A DNA stretch of 64,000 nt, taken from the sequence record SRR20825010_4284; one strand, 5' to 3'. A model generated the notes under the pieces. That model did no database searches. It was not told the origin of the DNA and worked only from the letters and a program-made list of their open reading frames with translations. The position numbers and the translations under genes were made by a program. This document shows positions 41,286-51,673 of this stretch, in pieces (positions within the stretch are counted from its first letter, which is position 1; every line of letters begins with the position of its first letter).

Positions 41286-42515
41286 TTAGAAGCGGTAGCT
41301 CAGCTGAGCACCGATGATATCAGCATCCAGCTCGTAGGTGCCAAGCAATGGCACACCTTTATCTACACGATTAATATCTGCGTCATCTACAAATACATGA
41401 GCGTACGCCACATCAATCAGCATATTTTCCATAGGCTCGAAGCCCGCACCGATTGTCGCCCAAACCTTTTCAGAGTCTGGGGAGATAGCAGAACGATTGT
41501 CGGTTCCCTGAGTGGACTCTTCCATCGCCACGCCGAAACGTAGCACCGTAGACTCGCTTACCCCATGGCGCAGGCCCAGGGAATAACGCGCAGTGTTCTC
41601 CCAATCAAAGTTTTCTACTGCAGGATTGGGGAGAGGAGCAGGAGCAACATGATCAATGGAGAGCTCATCCAGGCTACTCCACTCCATCCATTCCACACCC
41701 AACAGGATCTGTGTGCGGTCAGAGAGATCACCCGCATAGGACAACTGCAACGAAGCAGGCAGATCCACATCAGCCGAACCGGAATAGGTGCCCGCCAAAG
41801 GCCCTGCTACAGCAGGCTTAAAGGTGATATCACCATCCACTTCAAACTTCATTTTGGAACGGTAAGCGACACCAAAGTGATTGTTATCGTCCGGGCTATA
41901 GGTCAAGCCCAGATTCCAGCCATAGGTGTCATCATCACCTTCAAGACGGGTACCGGCATTCTCGATATCAGCGTCGAGAGTCTGGTAACTAACACCAAGC
42001 CCCACATTCAGATTATCGGTCAGCTGAATACCCAACGACGGGTTAATATTAATGGTTTGAAGGTCAGATTCGGTGGAGTAAAAATCACCGGAGAAAGGGC
42101 CAACCGGGGACAGAGCATTACCCCAATTGTTCTCATACTCCACTTTCGTGCCAAAAGGCGATGTTATCGCCAGACCAAAGGTCATGGTTTCGCCAATTGG
42201 GACCGCAAGAAAACCACTCCCGATGAAAGGTTCAATATCATCCAAGTTGCCAGGGCCTGCCGCACCATCAGCTTCAAAGTTGGTGTCTACCCATACCTGG
42301 TGCAACGCCAAAGACAACTCCGTCTTTTTCAGACCAGCCAACGTAGCCGGGTTGTACCATTGATTTGAGGCATTTTCGCTGAGTACCGCTGCACCCGCAT
42401 AGGCCGTCCCCATCGCAGAGACAGACTGATAAGACACACCAAAACCACTGGCCATGGTCTGGCCGGCAGCCAGCCCCAGAGCGGAACCGATAAGTAGCGC
42501 ACCTGTTTTTTTCAT
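41286..42515 (-). CDS. fadL: OmpP1/FadL family long-chain fatty acid/hydrocarbon outer membrane transporter
   Basis: ASGF...QSVSAMGTAYAG, YNPA, PFG, ININPSL, C-terminal SYRF. Confidence 0.88.
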   Translation of the reverse strand: MKKTGALLIGSALGLAAGQTMASGFGVSYQSVSAMGTAYAGAAVLSENASNQWYNPATLAGLKKTELSLALHQVWVDTNFEADGAAGPGNLDDIEPFIGSGFLAVPIGETMTFGLAITSPFGTKVEYENNWGNALSPVGPFSGDFYSTESDLQTININPSLGIQLTDNLNVGLGVSYQTLDADIENAGTRLEGDDDTYGWNLGLTYSPDDNNHFGVAYRSKMKFEVDGDITFKPAVAGPLAGTYSGSADVDLPASLQLSYAGDLSDRTQILLGVEWMEWSSLDELSIDHVAPAPLPNPAVENFDWENTARYSLGLRHGVSESTVLRFGVAMEESTQGTDNRSAISPDSEKVWATIGAGFEPMENMLIDVAYAHVFVDDADINRVDKGVPLLGTYELDADIIGAQLSYRF

Positions 42516-42678
42516 TGTTGCTCTCCCTCTTCCTGAATGTTTTAAAATTATGGGCGTATACGCCAGATCATTCCTCGATCTGACTCCACTTATACACAAC
42601 TTAGGCCGATAACAGCAAGACCAGAAAAAGGCTCATACTTTTCCATTAGCGCTCAGTATTTGTAAAATCTTCAGCCAT

Positions 42679-42708
42679 AAAAAAAGGGCTGCCAAAGCAG
42701 CCCTTTTT
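42679..42708 (-). terminator. Terminator after the acyl-CoA dehydrogenase gene
   Basis: AAAAAAGGGCTGC-CAAA-GCAGCCCTTTTT. Confidence 0.82.
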
Positions 42709-42727
42709 GTGCAGCACCTGCATGCCT

Positions 42728-43888
42728 CTAATCGGCCAACACCGCCTTGGCAACAATGCCCTTCATGATTTCATTGGTGCCGCCATAAATCCGCTGAACC
42801 CGTGAATCCGCAAACATGCGGGCAATCGGGTATTCCCACATGTAGCCATAACCACCGTGCAACTGCAGGCACTCGTCGATCACTTCACACTGCAGGTCGG
42901 TAATGTAGTATTTACCGGCCGCCGCGGTAGGAATATCCAGCTCTTTCTTCAGGTGCAATTCCAGGCAACGGTCCACATAGGCGCGCGCCACTTCAAGCTT
43001 GGTGTGCATCTCGGCAATCTTGAACTGGGTGTTCTGGAAGCCGGCGATCGGTTTACCAAAGGCTTTTCTTTCCTTCACGTATTCAATGGTGTGTGCCAGT
43101 GCAGACTCGGCCATGGCCAGGCCACCAATGGAAATACCAAGACGCTCCTGGGGCAATTCTTTCATCAGGTAAATAAAGCCCATGCCTTCTTCACCCAACA
43201 GGTTTTCTGCGGGTACTCGCACGTCCTGGAAAAAAAGCTCAGAAGTGTCCTGGGCTTTCATGCCCACTTTCTTCAGGTTCTTGCCTTTCTCGAACCCTTC
43301 GGAATCGGTTTCCACCACAAACAGGCTGATGCCCTTGGCGCCTTTGGTCGGGTCGGTTTTTGCCACCACAATCACGATGTCCGCGTTCTGGCCATTGGTG
43401 ATGAAGGTCTTGGAGCCGTTCAGCACGTAATGATCGCCGTCTTTCACGGCGGTGGTTTTCACGCCCTGCAGGTCAGAACCGGCACCAGGCTCGGTCATGG
43501 CAATGGCGCCAATCATTTCACCGGTCACCATTTTCGGCAGGTATTTCTGCTTCAGTACTTCAGAACCATTGTGCTCAATGTAGGGGGCAACGATTTCCGT
43601 GTGCAGCCCCCAGCCGATACCGGTGAGGCCCAGCTTGGAAATTTCTTCGTTGATCACCACGCTGTACAGGAAGTCGGCACCAATGCCGCCGTACTCTTCG
43701 CCAACCATGGGGCAGAGGAAACCCTGCTCGCCGGCCTTGCGCCATACGTCTTTGGGCACCACACCTTGTTGTTCCCATTCTTCATTGAAGGGAACCGCTT
43801 CGTTTTCCAGGAATTTACGGACGGTATCGCGGAAGGTTTCGTGGTCAGAACTAAACAGCGTACGGGGAATCATTATGCTCTCCGGCAT
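42728..43888 (-). CDS. Long-chain-type acyl-CoA dehydrogenase
   Basis: AMTEPGAGSD, NGSKTFITNG, QLHGGYGY, IYGGTNEI. Confidence 0.95.
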   Translation of the reverse strand: MPESIMIPRTLFSSDHETFRDTVRKFLENEAVPFNEEWEQQGVVPKDVWRKAGEQGFLCPMVGEEYGGIGADFLYSVVINEEISKLGLTGIGWGLHTEIVAPYIEHNGSEVLKQKYLPKMVTGEMIGAIAMTEPGAGSDLQGVKTTAVKDGDHYVLNGSKTFITNGQNADIVIVVAKTDPTKGAKGISLFVVETDSEGFEKGKNLKKVGMKAQDTSELFFQDVRVPAENLLGEEGMGFIYLMKELPQERLGISIGGLAMAESALAHTIEYVKERKAFGKPIAGFQNTQFKIAEMHTKLEVARAYVDRCLELHLKKELDIPTAAAGKYYITDLQCEVIDECLQLHGGYGYMWEYPIARMFADSRVQRIYGGTNEIMKGIVAKAVLAD

Positions 43889-44038
43889 CAGGTTATCGGG
43901 AGTGGCCCCAACGCCGGACTGGCAGGGGCACAGAATGCCCCATGATGTTCACTGTCGCCGCCATCGGGCAATGACCGAAACGCTCAGGCCCCTGCCCAGC
44001 TGGGAAACCCAGCCAATGACCCTGTTGGCGGAAGCTGA

Positions 44039-45121
44039 TCAGGCGCGGTGTTCACGGCCCAGATATTCGGAGGACTGCATCTCCTGCAGTCGCGAGCGGG
44101 TACGCTCGAATTCGAAATCCAGCCGTCCACCGGCGTAGATGTCCTCGATGGGCACCTCGGCGGCAACCACCAGCTTGACGGCACGGTCGTAGAATTCATC
44201 TACCAGGTTAATAAAGCGCCGGGCCATATCGTCCTTGCCAGCCCCCATCTGCTCCACATTGGCCAGCAGCACCGTGTGGAACTCCCGGGCGATCTCAATG
44301 TAATCGGTCTGGCTGCGCGGGCCATCACACAGCTCCTTGAACTCAAACCAGACCACATCATCCGCACAGATGACGGTGGCAATCTTGCGGCCTTCAATAA
44401 GCACATTGCCACGATCCCGGTGGCGGGAATGGTCCGGCTCCAGGGTCTGAAACCGTTCCTTCAGAAAAGCATCGGCCCCTTTTCCCAGCGGGCAGTGATA
44501 AAGCTCGGCCTGTTCCAGCAAGCGCAGGCGGTAGTCATTCCCCCCGTCCACATTCATTACCTGAGTGTGCTCTTTCAGCAGCTCAATGGCAGGGAGAAAA
44601 CGGGCCCGTTGCAGGCCATCCTTGTACAAACCATCTGGCTCGATATTGGACGTGGCCACCAGGGTAACGCCATTGGCAAACAGCTCCTGCATCAGGCCGG
44701 CCAGAATCATGGCGTCAGTGATGTCGGTAACAAAGAATTCGTCGAAACACAGCACCCTCGCCTGGCTGGCGAATCTGCGGGCAATACTGATCAACGGATT
44801 CTTTTCCCCCTGGCGCTCACGCATTTCCCGATGCACTTTCTGCATGAAACGGTGAAAGTGCATGCGGCGCTTTTCCTTGAACGGCAGCGCCTTGAAAAAC
44901 ACATCCATGAGGTAGGTTTTGCCACGCCCCACACCGCCCCACATATACAACCCCGTCAGGGGACGGGGTTTGCGAAAGCGCCCAAACAAGCCGCCCGATG
45001 AGGGTTCCGCCAACAAACGATGGTACAGGTCGTCCAGCGCGGCGACAGCTCGCTCCTGGGCCGGGTCCTGGAAAAAATCATCGCGCTGAAGATCGGCCTT
45101 ATATTGCTCAAGAGGGGTCAT
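44039..45121 (-). CDS. zapE: Cell division ATPase ZapE (AFG1 family)
   Basis: GLYMWGGVGRGKT, HFHRFM, CFDEF, SRLQEMQS. An alternative GTG start is at 45139. Confidence 0.95.
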   Translation of the reverse strand: MTPLEQYKADLQRDDFFQDPAQERAVAALDDLYHRLLAEPSSGGLFGRFRKPRPLTGLYMWGGVGRGKTYLMDVFFKALPFKEKRRMHFHRFMQKVHREMRERQGEKNPLISIARRFASQARVLCFDEFFVTDITDAMILAGLMQELFANGVTLVATSNIEPDGLYKDGLQRARFLPAIELLKEHTQVMNVDGGNDYRLRLLEQAELYHCPLGKGADAFLKERFQTLEPDHSRHRDRGNVLIEGRKIATVICADDVVWFEFKELCDGPRSQTDYIEIAREFHTVLLANVEQMGAGKDDMARRFINLVDEFYDRAVKLVVAAEVPIEDIYAGGRLDFEFERTRSRLQEMQSSEYLGREHRA

Positions 45122-45252
45122 GGGTCGCGGACCTGCCACTGTGTAGTTGAAACCGGCTCAGGGCCTGAAACAAGCCCGGCAAGGGCGGGCCAATGTAGCG
45201 CCGGGGTCGCCAGCTGACAACCGTCCGGGGAAAATCCACTCGCAGTGCAAAG

Positions 45253-45885
45253 CTAACCCGGCAGGTGGCTGGCCGCTACCTCCTTCAGCTCCACCAGCTT
45301 GCCGTGGAAAAAATGGCCACAATCGGGGAAGCGGACCAGATCGGGGACCAGGGGGGTTTGCTCTGCCCAACGAAACACCTGCTCCGCCGGCACCACCTCG
45401 TCGTCTTCACCCTGCACCACCGTCACCGGACAGCCGGTATTTTCAATGTCGTCAAACGGGTAATGGTGCACCGGCGGCGCCACCAGCAGCAGCTCCCGGG
45501 CGGGCATGCCGTTGGCCTTGAGAATTTCTGCTCCACGGGCCGCCACAAAACTGCCAAAGGAAAAGCCCGACAGCCACAGCGGCAATTGCGGAAATTGGTG
45601 AGTCAGCCAGCTGTGGATAGCCAACAGATCTTCGGTTTCACCGATACCGTCGCTATAGGCCCCCTGGCTCTCACCGACACCACGGAAGTTGAAACGCACC
45701 ACCACAGCCCCTTCATCCCGGGCCAGGCGAGTCAGTGTGGTCACCACCTTGTTGTCCATGGTGCCACCAAACAGCGGATGCGGATGACAGACAATGGCCA
45801 CGAACGGTGGCGTGTCACTGCCCTGTTCCACGACGACCTCCAGTTGCCCAGCTGGACCGGATAAGGTTTGCCGTTGTACTGCCAT
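45253..45885 (-). CDS. Alpha/beta hydrolase (COG2945-like)
   Basis: CHPHPLFGGTMDNKVV, RFNFRGVG, GFSFG, HFFHG. Confidence 0.9.
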   Translation of the reverse strand: MAVQRQTLSGPAGQLEVVVEQGSDTPPFVAIVCHPHPLFGGTMDNKVVTTLTRLARDEGAVVVRFNFRGVGESQGAYSDGIGETEDLLAIHSWLTHQFPQLPLWLSGFSFGSFVAARGAEILKANGMPARELLLVAPPVHHYPFDDIENTGCPVTVVQGEDDEVVPAEQVFRWAEQTPLVPDLVRFPDCGHFFHGKLVELKEVAASHLPG

Positions 45886-46001
45886 TTTCTACTCCTATCG
45901 CATCCTGTTACGCCTTTCACCCTTGGCGGCCGCGCAGCTCTGTGCTGCAATAGCCTCAGCGTTATCGCCAGCGTCTTGGCGATACCTTACAGGAGTATGC
46001 C

Positions 46002-46526
46002 ATGGATATGCTGACAACTGGGGTGCTGTGCTTTGCTGCCGGCGTGGTAGTAGGTGCAGGACTGCTTTTCTGGTTGTTACCGGCACGGCGGCAAGCCGGC
46101 CAACTGATTCGTGACCGTGACGAAGCCCGTCAGGCGCTGAATCATTATCGGGACAAGGTGGACGATCATTTTCTGCAGACCGCCGACCTGGTCAACGATA
46201 TGACCCAGGCGTACCGCTCCGTGCATGAGCATTTGTCCAAGGGCGCCCAGGTACTCTGCTCTGAAGTGGGCCGCAAACGGGCCGTGGCCAAATCTCTGGA
46301 TTCCGCACCGGACAAGGAGAATAGCGAACCCATGGCGCCACCGCTGGATTATGCCCCCAGCGCCAAGGGCACGCTCTCGGAAGACTTTGGCCTGCAGCAA
46401 AACCCCACCGGCCCTTTTGCGCCGGTGGACGTGGCGGATAACCCGATTCCTGACACCGTGGTCGAACCACCCCGGGATTATGCCGAGGGAAATGACGACA
46501 CGGCGGATGACAAGAAACCCCGTTGA
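46002..46526 (+). CDS. zapG: ZapG/YhcB (DUF1043) family membrane protein
   Basis: N-terminal TM helix, coiled coil, HFLQTA...YRSVHEHL, PLDYAP; near zapE. Confidence 0.85.
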   Translation: MDMLTTGVLCFAAGVVVGAGLLFWLLPARRQAGQLIRDRDEARQALNHYRDKVDDHFLQTADLVNDMTQAYRSVHEHLSKGAQVLCSEVGRKRAVAKSLDSAPDKENSEPMAPPLDYAPSAKGTLSEDFGLQQNPTGPFAPVDVADNPIPDTVVEPPRDYAEGNDDTADDKKPR

Positions 46527-46554
46527 TTGCAGCCCCCTCACCGTAAGCAACGAC

Positions 46555-46582
46555 AAAAAAGCCCGCATCAGCGGGCTTTTTT
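46555..46582 (+). terminator. Bidirectional terminator after zapG
   Basis: AAAAAAGCCCGC-ATCA-GCGGGCTTTTTT. Confidence 0.85.
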
Positions 46583-46741
46583 GGTTTCATCACGTATTGG
46601 ATTGAATGACGCGCAACACGCTTCTCGCCATTTGACTGGTGGTTTATCGTTACTGCTCCACGCTTTGCCAAACGCTCGACCCCGGATACCTGACGTAAAA
46701 CCCCATAGCCCGGGAGGCCTTTCAAGGCTTATGGCAAAGCC

Positions 46742-47617
46742 TTATGAATCAAACAGGAGCGCTACCCGCATGGGTACCGGCGCGTCTTCCACTTCAATTT
46801 CCGCAGGCAGGTTGCCGGCCGGGTCGCCGTCCGCCTGAATCGGCTCATCGCCGTTCTCACAACGTATATGGACCCGCTGGGCTCGCAGGCTGGCCACGCC
46901 ATCCACCCGCTCCATACGCCCAAATAGCAAGGCAATCAGGCAGCGCAGCAAAAACCGCACGCCCGGCTTCTGGAATAACAGCACTTGCACCTGTGGGCGC
47001 AGGATATTGGCCTCGTTACTCAACACGAAGCTGCCACCGTAATGGCGGCCATTGGTGATAATGGCAGAAAAACAATCCAGTGGCCGGCCATCCACTTCCA
47101 CTCGATAGTGACGTTGCCCATAACGGCCAATCTGGCCGAGCATGGACTGCACATAGGCCAGTTTGCCGAAGCGCTCCTTGATGCCCAGATTAACCCCATT
47201 GACCACCCAGGCGTCATAGCCGATGCCGCACATCATGATAAACCGCCGGCCGTTCAGACGGGCCGGCGTCACGGATACGCTTTTGCCCTTCACTACCACC
47301 TGCGCGGCCTGCTCCGGCTTTTTCGGCAACCCCAGCTCTTTGGCCAGCACATTGGCCGTGCCGGTGGCAAACACGCCCAGCGCCACCCCGGCAGCCAACC
47401 CGTTGAGCACTTCGTTGGTGGTGCCATCACCCCCTACGGCCACCACGCAATCACCCTGGTCAGAAAGCCCATTGAGGTAGTCCGTGGCGTCGTTGGGGCC
47501 TTTGGTGTAATACAGGCGCACGCTGGCCCCCTGGCGCTCCAGCTCGGCCACAAAACGGCAAAGCAACGCCTCCCGACCGCCACCGGCAGTCGGGTTATAA
47601 ATCACAGTGACTTTCAT
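46742..47617 (-). CDS. Diacylglycerol/lipid kinase family protein (YegS/DAGKc)
   Basis: YNPTAG, GGDGT, GTANVLA, QADGD. Confidence 0.9.
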   Translation of the reverse strand: MKVTVIYNPTAGGGREALLCRFVAELERQGASVRLYYTKGPNDATDYLNGLSDQGDCVVAVGGDGTTNEVLNGLAAGVALGVFATGTANVLAKELGLPKKPEQAAQVVVKGKSVSVTPARLNGRRFIMMCGIGYDAWVVNGVNLGIKERFGKLAYVQSMLGQIGRYGQRHYRVEVDGRPLDCFSAIITNGRHYGGSFVLSNEANILRPQVQVLLFQKPGVRFLLRCLIALLFGRMERVDGVASLRAQRVHIRCENGDEPIQADGDPAGNLPAEIEVEDAPVPMRVALLFDS

Positions 47618-47647
47618 CAGACAGGAAACCCTCGTACTGCTCCCGGT

Positions 47648-48403
47648 TTAGGCCGGGTTATCGATATCAATAAAGGTATGCTCAATGCCGTAATGGTCGC
47701 TGAGCCACTGCCCCAGCGCCATGGCACCGTAACGTTCAGTTGCATGATGGCCACAGGCGAAATAATGCATGCCGGTTTCCCGGGCAAAATGGGTGGTCGG
47801 TTCAGAAATTTCGCCGCTCAGGTAGGCATCCACGCCCTTGCTCTGGGCCTTTTCGATAAAGCCCTGGGCTCCGCCGGTACACCAGCCGACGGTTTCAATT
47901 TCGTCGCCGGGATCGCCGATATGCAAGGGCGTTCGGCCCAATACCGCTTCTACATGGGCAGCAAATTCTGACGCACTCATGGGGCTGTCCAGCCGACCCA
48001 CATTGCCGATAGGCCGGGGCGAATCATCCAGCCCGCCTTCGGTGGTCAGCCCCAGACGGAGCGCCAACTGGGCATTGTTACCCAGCGTGGGATGGGCATC
48101 CAGCGGCAGGTGATAGGCAAACAGGTTGATGTCATGGCGCAACAGGGTCTGCAAGCGCTGCTTCTTCATGCCCCGGACCTGCTGGCTTTCGCCTTTCCAG
48201 AAATAGCCGTGGTGGACCAGAATCGCATCTGCCTCTTCCACGATGGCCGCGTCGATCAAGGCCTGACAGGCGGTCACGCCGGACACCACCCGGTGGATCT
48301 GCTCCCGGCCTTCCACCTGAAGTCCATTGGGGCAGAAATCCTGGAAACGGTCCGTGGCCAGTTCCTGATCGAGCAAAGACAACATGTAATCGCGCTTGAG
48401 CAT
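47648..48403 (-). CDS. Nif3-like dinuclear metal center protein (YbgI)
   Basis: PNGLQVEG, VHHG, YHLPLDAH, GHHATERYG. Confidence 0.93.
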   Translation of the reverse strand: MLKRDYMLSLLDQELATDRFQDFCPNGLQVEGREQIHRVVSGVTACQALIDAAIVEEADAILVHHGYFWKGESQQVRGMKKQRLQTLLRHDINLFAYHLPLDAHPTLGNNAQLALRLGLTTEGGLDDSPRPIGNVGRLDSPMSASEFAAHVEAVLGRTPLHIGDPGDEIETVGWCTGGAQGFIEKAQSKGVDAYLSGEISEPTTHFARETGMHYFACGHHATERYGAMALGQWLSDHYGIEHTFIDIDNPA

Positions 48404-48714
48404 GACACCTACCGGATAAAGGTCGGAACAATAAAAAGTGATCCATTTGGTCACGAAACCCGTGAACCCGGATCACCGCGCCAATCCGCTCGGGGAGAGT
48501 TCGGTGTATCCTGTTTCCCACGCAAACCGCAGGAGAGAGCCGCGCCAAGCCTTGCAATGTGGCCATGGCCCACAGCCGGGCGGCAGTAGCAATCAGTATT
48601 CACAGGTTCTACTATTGCGCGCAGTTTACCTATCTGACCCCGCACTTGTCTCGCCGGGCGCCCTTCACCAGGCCCTGACGAGACCGGGGAACAGCATTAA
48701 CGGGGGCATTACCG

Positions 48715-49812
48715 GTGATCAAACTGCTTCGTTTTCTGGCCGGCCCGGTGATTACCGGCCTGGCCGTCGGCCTTGTCGCCCTGTGGTGGTACCAGTGGGG
48801 ACCCAACGCCGAACCCGCACAGCACGACACCGGCGTAGCCAGCTATGCCGGTGCGGTGAACCATGCGGCTCCGGCGGTGGTGAACATCTACACCACCCAG
48901 ATCATCACCAATGAAGACGTGGCCGAAGACCCGCTGTTCAACCGCTTCATGGAGCAACCCCGCCGCGAACGCGCCCTGAGCAGCCTGGGTTCAGGGGTGA
49001 TCGTCGACGACGGCGGCTATGTGCTGACCAGTTACCACGTCATCCGCGATGCGGATGAAATTCTGGTGGCCCTGCGCGATGGCCGTGATGCGCCCGCCCG
49101 GGTGGTGGGCACGGACCCGGAAACTGACCTGGCGCTGCTGCATATTGCCCTGGAAAACTTGCCCGAAGTGGAACTGAACGGCAATGGCCCGGTGCAGGTG
49201 GGCGACGTGGTACTGGCCATCGGCAACCCGCTGGGCGTCGGGCAGACCGTGTCCATGGGCATTGTCAGCGCCACCGGCCGCAGCCACCTGGGTATCGCCA
49301 CCTTCGAAAACTTTATCCAGACCGATGCGGCGATCAATCGGGGCAACTCCGGCGGCGCACTGATTGATACCCGTGGCCACCTGATCGGCATTAACACTGC
49401 CATCCTTTCTGCGGACGGCAGCTGGCAGGGCATCGGCTTCGCCACTCCCGCCTCGATTGCCAAGGAAGTGATGAGCGACCTGATCGAGCATGGCCGGGTG
49501 ATTCGTGGATACCTGGGCGTCACCGTGCAGGATATGACCCCGTCACTGGCCGACACCTTTGGCATGGAAGAGGTGCGCGGGGGCGTGGTCACCGAAGTGG
49601 TGGTCGACAGCCCGGCCCATAAAGGCGGCCTGCAGCCCGGCGACGTCCTGGTAGGCATCAACGGCGATGTGATGGCCGATGGCTACGAAGCCATGAATCG
49701 GATTGCCGGTATGAAACCGGACGATAACGTGACGCTGGAAGTCATCCGCAACCGTCAGCCCCTGTCCGTGGACGTGGTTATCGGCACCCGCCCACCAGCG
49801 GAAACCGATTAA
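48715..49812 (+). CDS. algW: Periplasmic serine protease DegS/AlgW (trypsin plus PDZ)
   Basis: N-terminal TM helix, LGSGVI, TDLA, QTDAAINRGNSGGAL, single PDZ; nif3-algW-hisC synteny. Confidence 0.88.
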   Translation: MIKLLRFLAGPVITGLAVGLVALWWYQWGPNAEPAQHDTGVASYAGAVNHAAPAVVNIYTTQIITNEDVAEDPLFNRFMEQPRRERALSSLGSGVIVDDGGYVLTSYHVIRDADEILVALRDGRDAPARVVGTDPETDLALLHIALENLPEVELNGNGPVQVGDVVLAIGNPLGVGQTVSMGIVSATGRSHLGIATFENFIQTDAAINRGNSGGALIDTRGHLIGINTAILSADGSWQGIGFATPASIAKEVMSDLIEHGRVIRGYLGVTVQDMTPSLADTFGMEEVRGGVVTEVVVDSPAHKGGLQPGDVLVGINGDVMADGYEAMNRIAGMKPDDNVTLEVIRNRQPLSVDVVIGTRPPAETD

Positions 49813-49970
49813 GAGACGCAACACGTGACAGGCTTCACGCAACAACGCGGACAATGCCTGTCTTTGAGCCGATAGCAAGAGGCCGCGCCCAACGCTTGGG
49901 CGCGGCCTCTTCGGTTAAAAACAACACGGCATAGCTACACGTTTAAACTTTCAACTTTCAACTCCGCTCA
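49813..49970. repeat. Composite element: NNCACGC arm, GC hairpin, GTTGAAA arm
   Basis: TAA GAGACGC AACACGT GACAGGC TTCACGC; AAGAGGCCGCGCCCAA-CGC-TTGGGCGCGGCCTCTT (49877-49911); TTTAAAC TTTCAAC TTTCAAC abutting the DUF4139 stop. Confidence 0.75.
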
Positions 49971-51566
49971 CAATCCCTCTACACCGCTCAGGGTAGTCTC
50001 TTCCGGGTAACGAATTTCGAAACCTTGTTTGAACCTTTCCTCGCCCCCGGCGGGCAAAGTGAACAGCCAGCGTTGCAGCCCTTTCACATCATCCACATCG
50101 CGGGCATCTGCGGCCTTGCCCTTGGCCGTGACGGTAATATCCTCGTTGCCGGCCACCGGCAGACGATCCAGCAGATCCACCGTCACCGCCTTGTCGTAAT
50201 GTGACGTCAGAGTGATGTTCTTCAAGGCAGACAGGGTGCTCTCCTTGCTGATCAGGCCGACCTCCCCTTGCTGTGATGGTTCGCGAACCACCGCAATCTG
50301 CAGGCGCGGGTCATCACCGAAACTCATCTTCACCTGCTCGCCCTGCTTGATGCTGTCGCCGCGGTGATAACGGGCCAAACGCTGACCGTCACGTAACAGC
50401 GTGACGCGCCCCGCCAGCCAGGGCAGCGCGCTGGTATTCGTCCATTCCCCCACCAACAACACCGCCGGCTGCTGCCAGAGATAACTTTCGCGGCTGAGCG
50501 TCACCGGCAGTTCAGCCTGCTGATAGGGCACCCGGGCACTGGCGTTACCACTGGCCAGCGACAGCGGAGACGAAAGCGGCACGCGCATATCAAAACCGTG
50601 AGCCACCGGAGCGGCCACCGGCATCGCCTCCACGTGCTCTGCCATATCGGCTTCAAAGGCGGCCGGTTCCGCCATCACGCTGCGCAAGGACTGTTTGCGC
50701 ATTTCCGGTTGCGGCGTCGCCAGACGCACAATCCAGGGCTGCGGATCCGGCAGGTGACGATAACCGGCCGGCACCAAGCCCAGGGTGGCACTGACATTCT
50801 GCCAGTCCTCCCCGGTGCGGTTATGAATCAGAGCAATACCGGTAACGGCTACCGTTTCACTGCCGCTATCCAGATCGACCCGCAGTTGATTCTGCCAGCC
50901 GGCCTGGCCGGTGAAATATTGCAACTCAACCTGCGCGGTGGACGGCGTTTCGGCACCGACAGTGAGCACCAGTTCGCGGCTGCGAGTCTGCCCCTGTCCC
51001 AGCTGCTGCCGCTCCTGCCGCAGCGCCTCCAGCTTGCGTTGCTGTTCTTCTCGGGTCACCACACGCTGATTAATCGCCACCTGTCGTTGCGCCACCGCCT
51101 TGCCAATGGACTCCCAGGCACTGGCCCATTTTTCCACCGGCACCTGGGCAAACACGGCCTCACCTTGTGGCGCCTGCCCCATCAGGGATTGCAGATGATT
51201 AATCTGTTGCTGGTCCAGGCTGTCTGCTGCCCGGGCGGCGGCCATGGCCTGCTCCAGTTCGAGAATCGCCGCATCCAGCTGGGCACGACGGGCCGACACA
51301 TCGTCCTCGGCAATGGCGAATCCTTGTCGCATCCCCAGCAAATCGGCACCTTTCACTGCCACTTGCAGACTATCCAGATCCAGCTCCGGCAGCCCTCTCA
51401 CCACCAGCTGGTGCTCACCGGTGGGCAAGGCCTGAGAGAAAGTACGGCTGAGATGGGCCTGGGCGGGAAACAACACCGCCTTGCTCACCGGAGCGGTAAC
51501 AGCAAAGTCAGCGGCAAAAAGGGGAACAGGGATCAGGGCACAGGCAAGCAGTAACGAACGTTTCAT
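49968..51566 (-). CDS. Secreted DUF4140/DUF4139 domain protein (MuiA-like)
   Basis: Signal peptide, V(L)FP.QA start, coiled coil, NRTGEDWQNV, LLDRLPV...EDITV. Confidence 0.78.
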   Translation of the reverse strand: MKRSLLLACALIPVPLFAADFAVTAPVSKAVLFPAQAHLSRTFSQALPTGEHQLVVRGLPELDLDSLQVAVKGADLLGMRQGFAIAEDDVSARRAQLDAAILELEQAMAAARAADSLDQQQINHLQSLMGQAPQGEAVFAQVPVEKWASAWESIGKAVAQRQVAINQRVVTREEQQRKLEALRQERQQLGQGQTRSRELVLTVGAETPSTAQVELQYFTGQAGWQNQLRVDLDSGSETVAVTGIALIHNRTGEDWQNVSATLGLVPAGYRHLPDPQPWIVRLATPQPEMRKQSLRSVMAEPAAFEADMAEHVEAMPVAAPVAHGFDMRVPLSSPLSLASGNASARVPYQQAELPVTLSRESYLWQQPAVLLVGEWTNTSALPWLAGRVTLLRDGQRLARYHRGDSIKQGEQVKMSFGDDPRLQIAVVREPSQQGEVGLISKESTLSALKNITLTSHYDKAVTVDLLDRLPVAGNEDITVTAKGKAADARDVDDVKGLQRWLFTLPAGGEERFKQGFEIRYPEETTLSGVEGL

Positions 51567-51673
51567 TATCGGGTCCTTTCCGTTGGACTAATGCCTGTTA
51601 GTACCTCGGCGATGGGCAAAGGTTCAAGCCCGTGAGGTCACATCCCGGGCCAGGGGTCGGCACAGGAGGGGCG

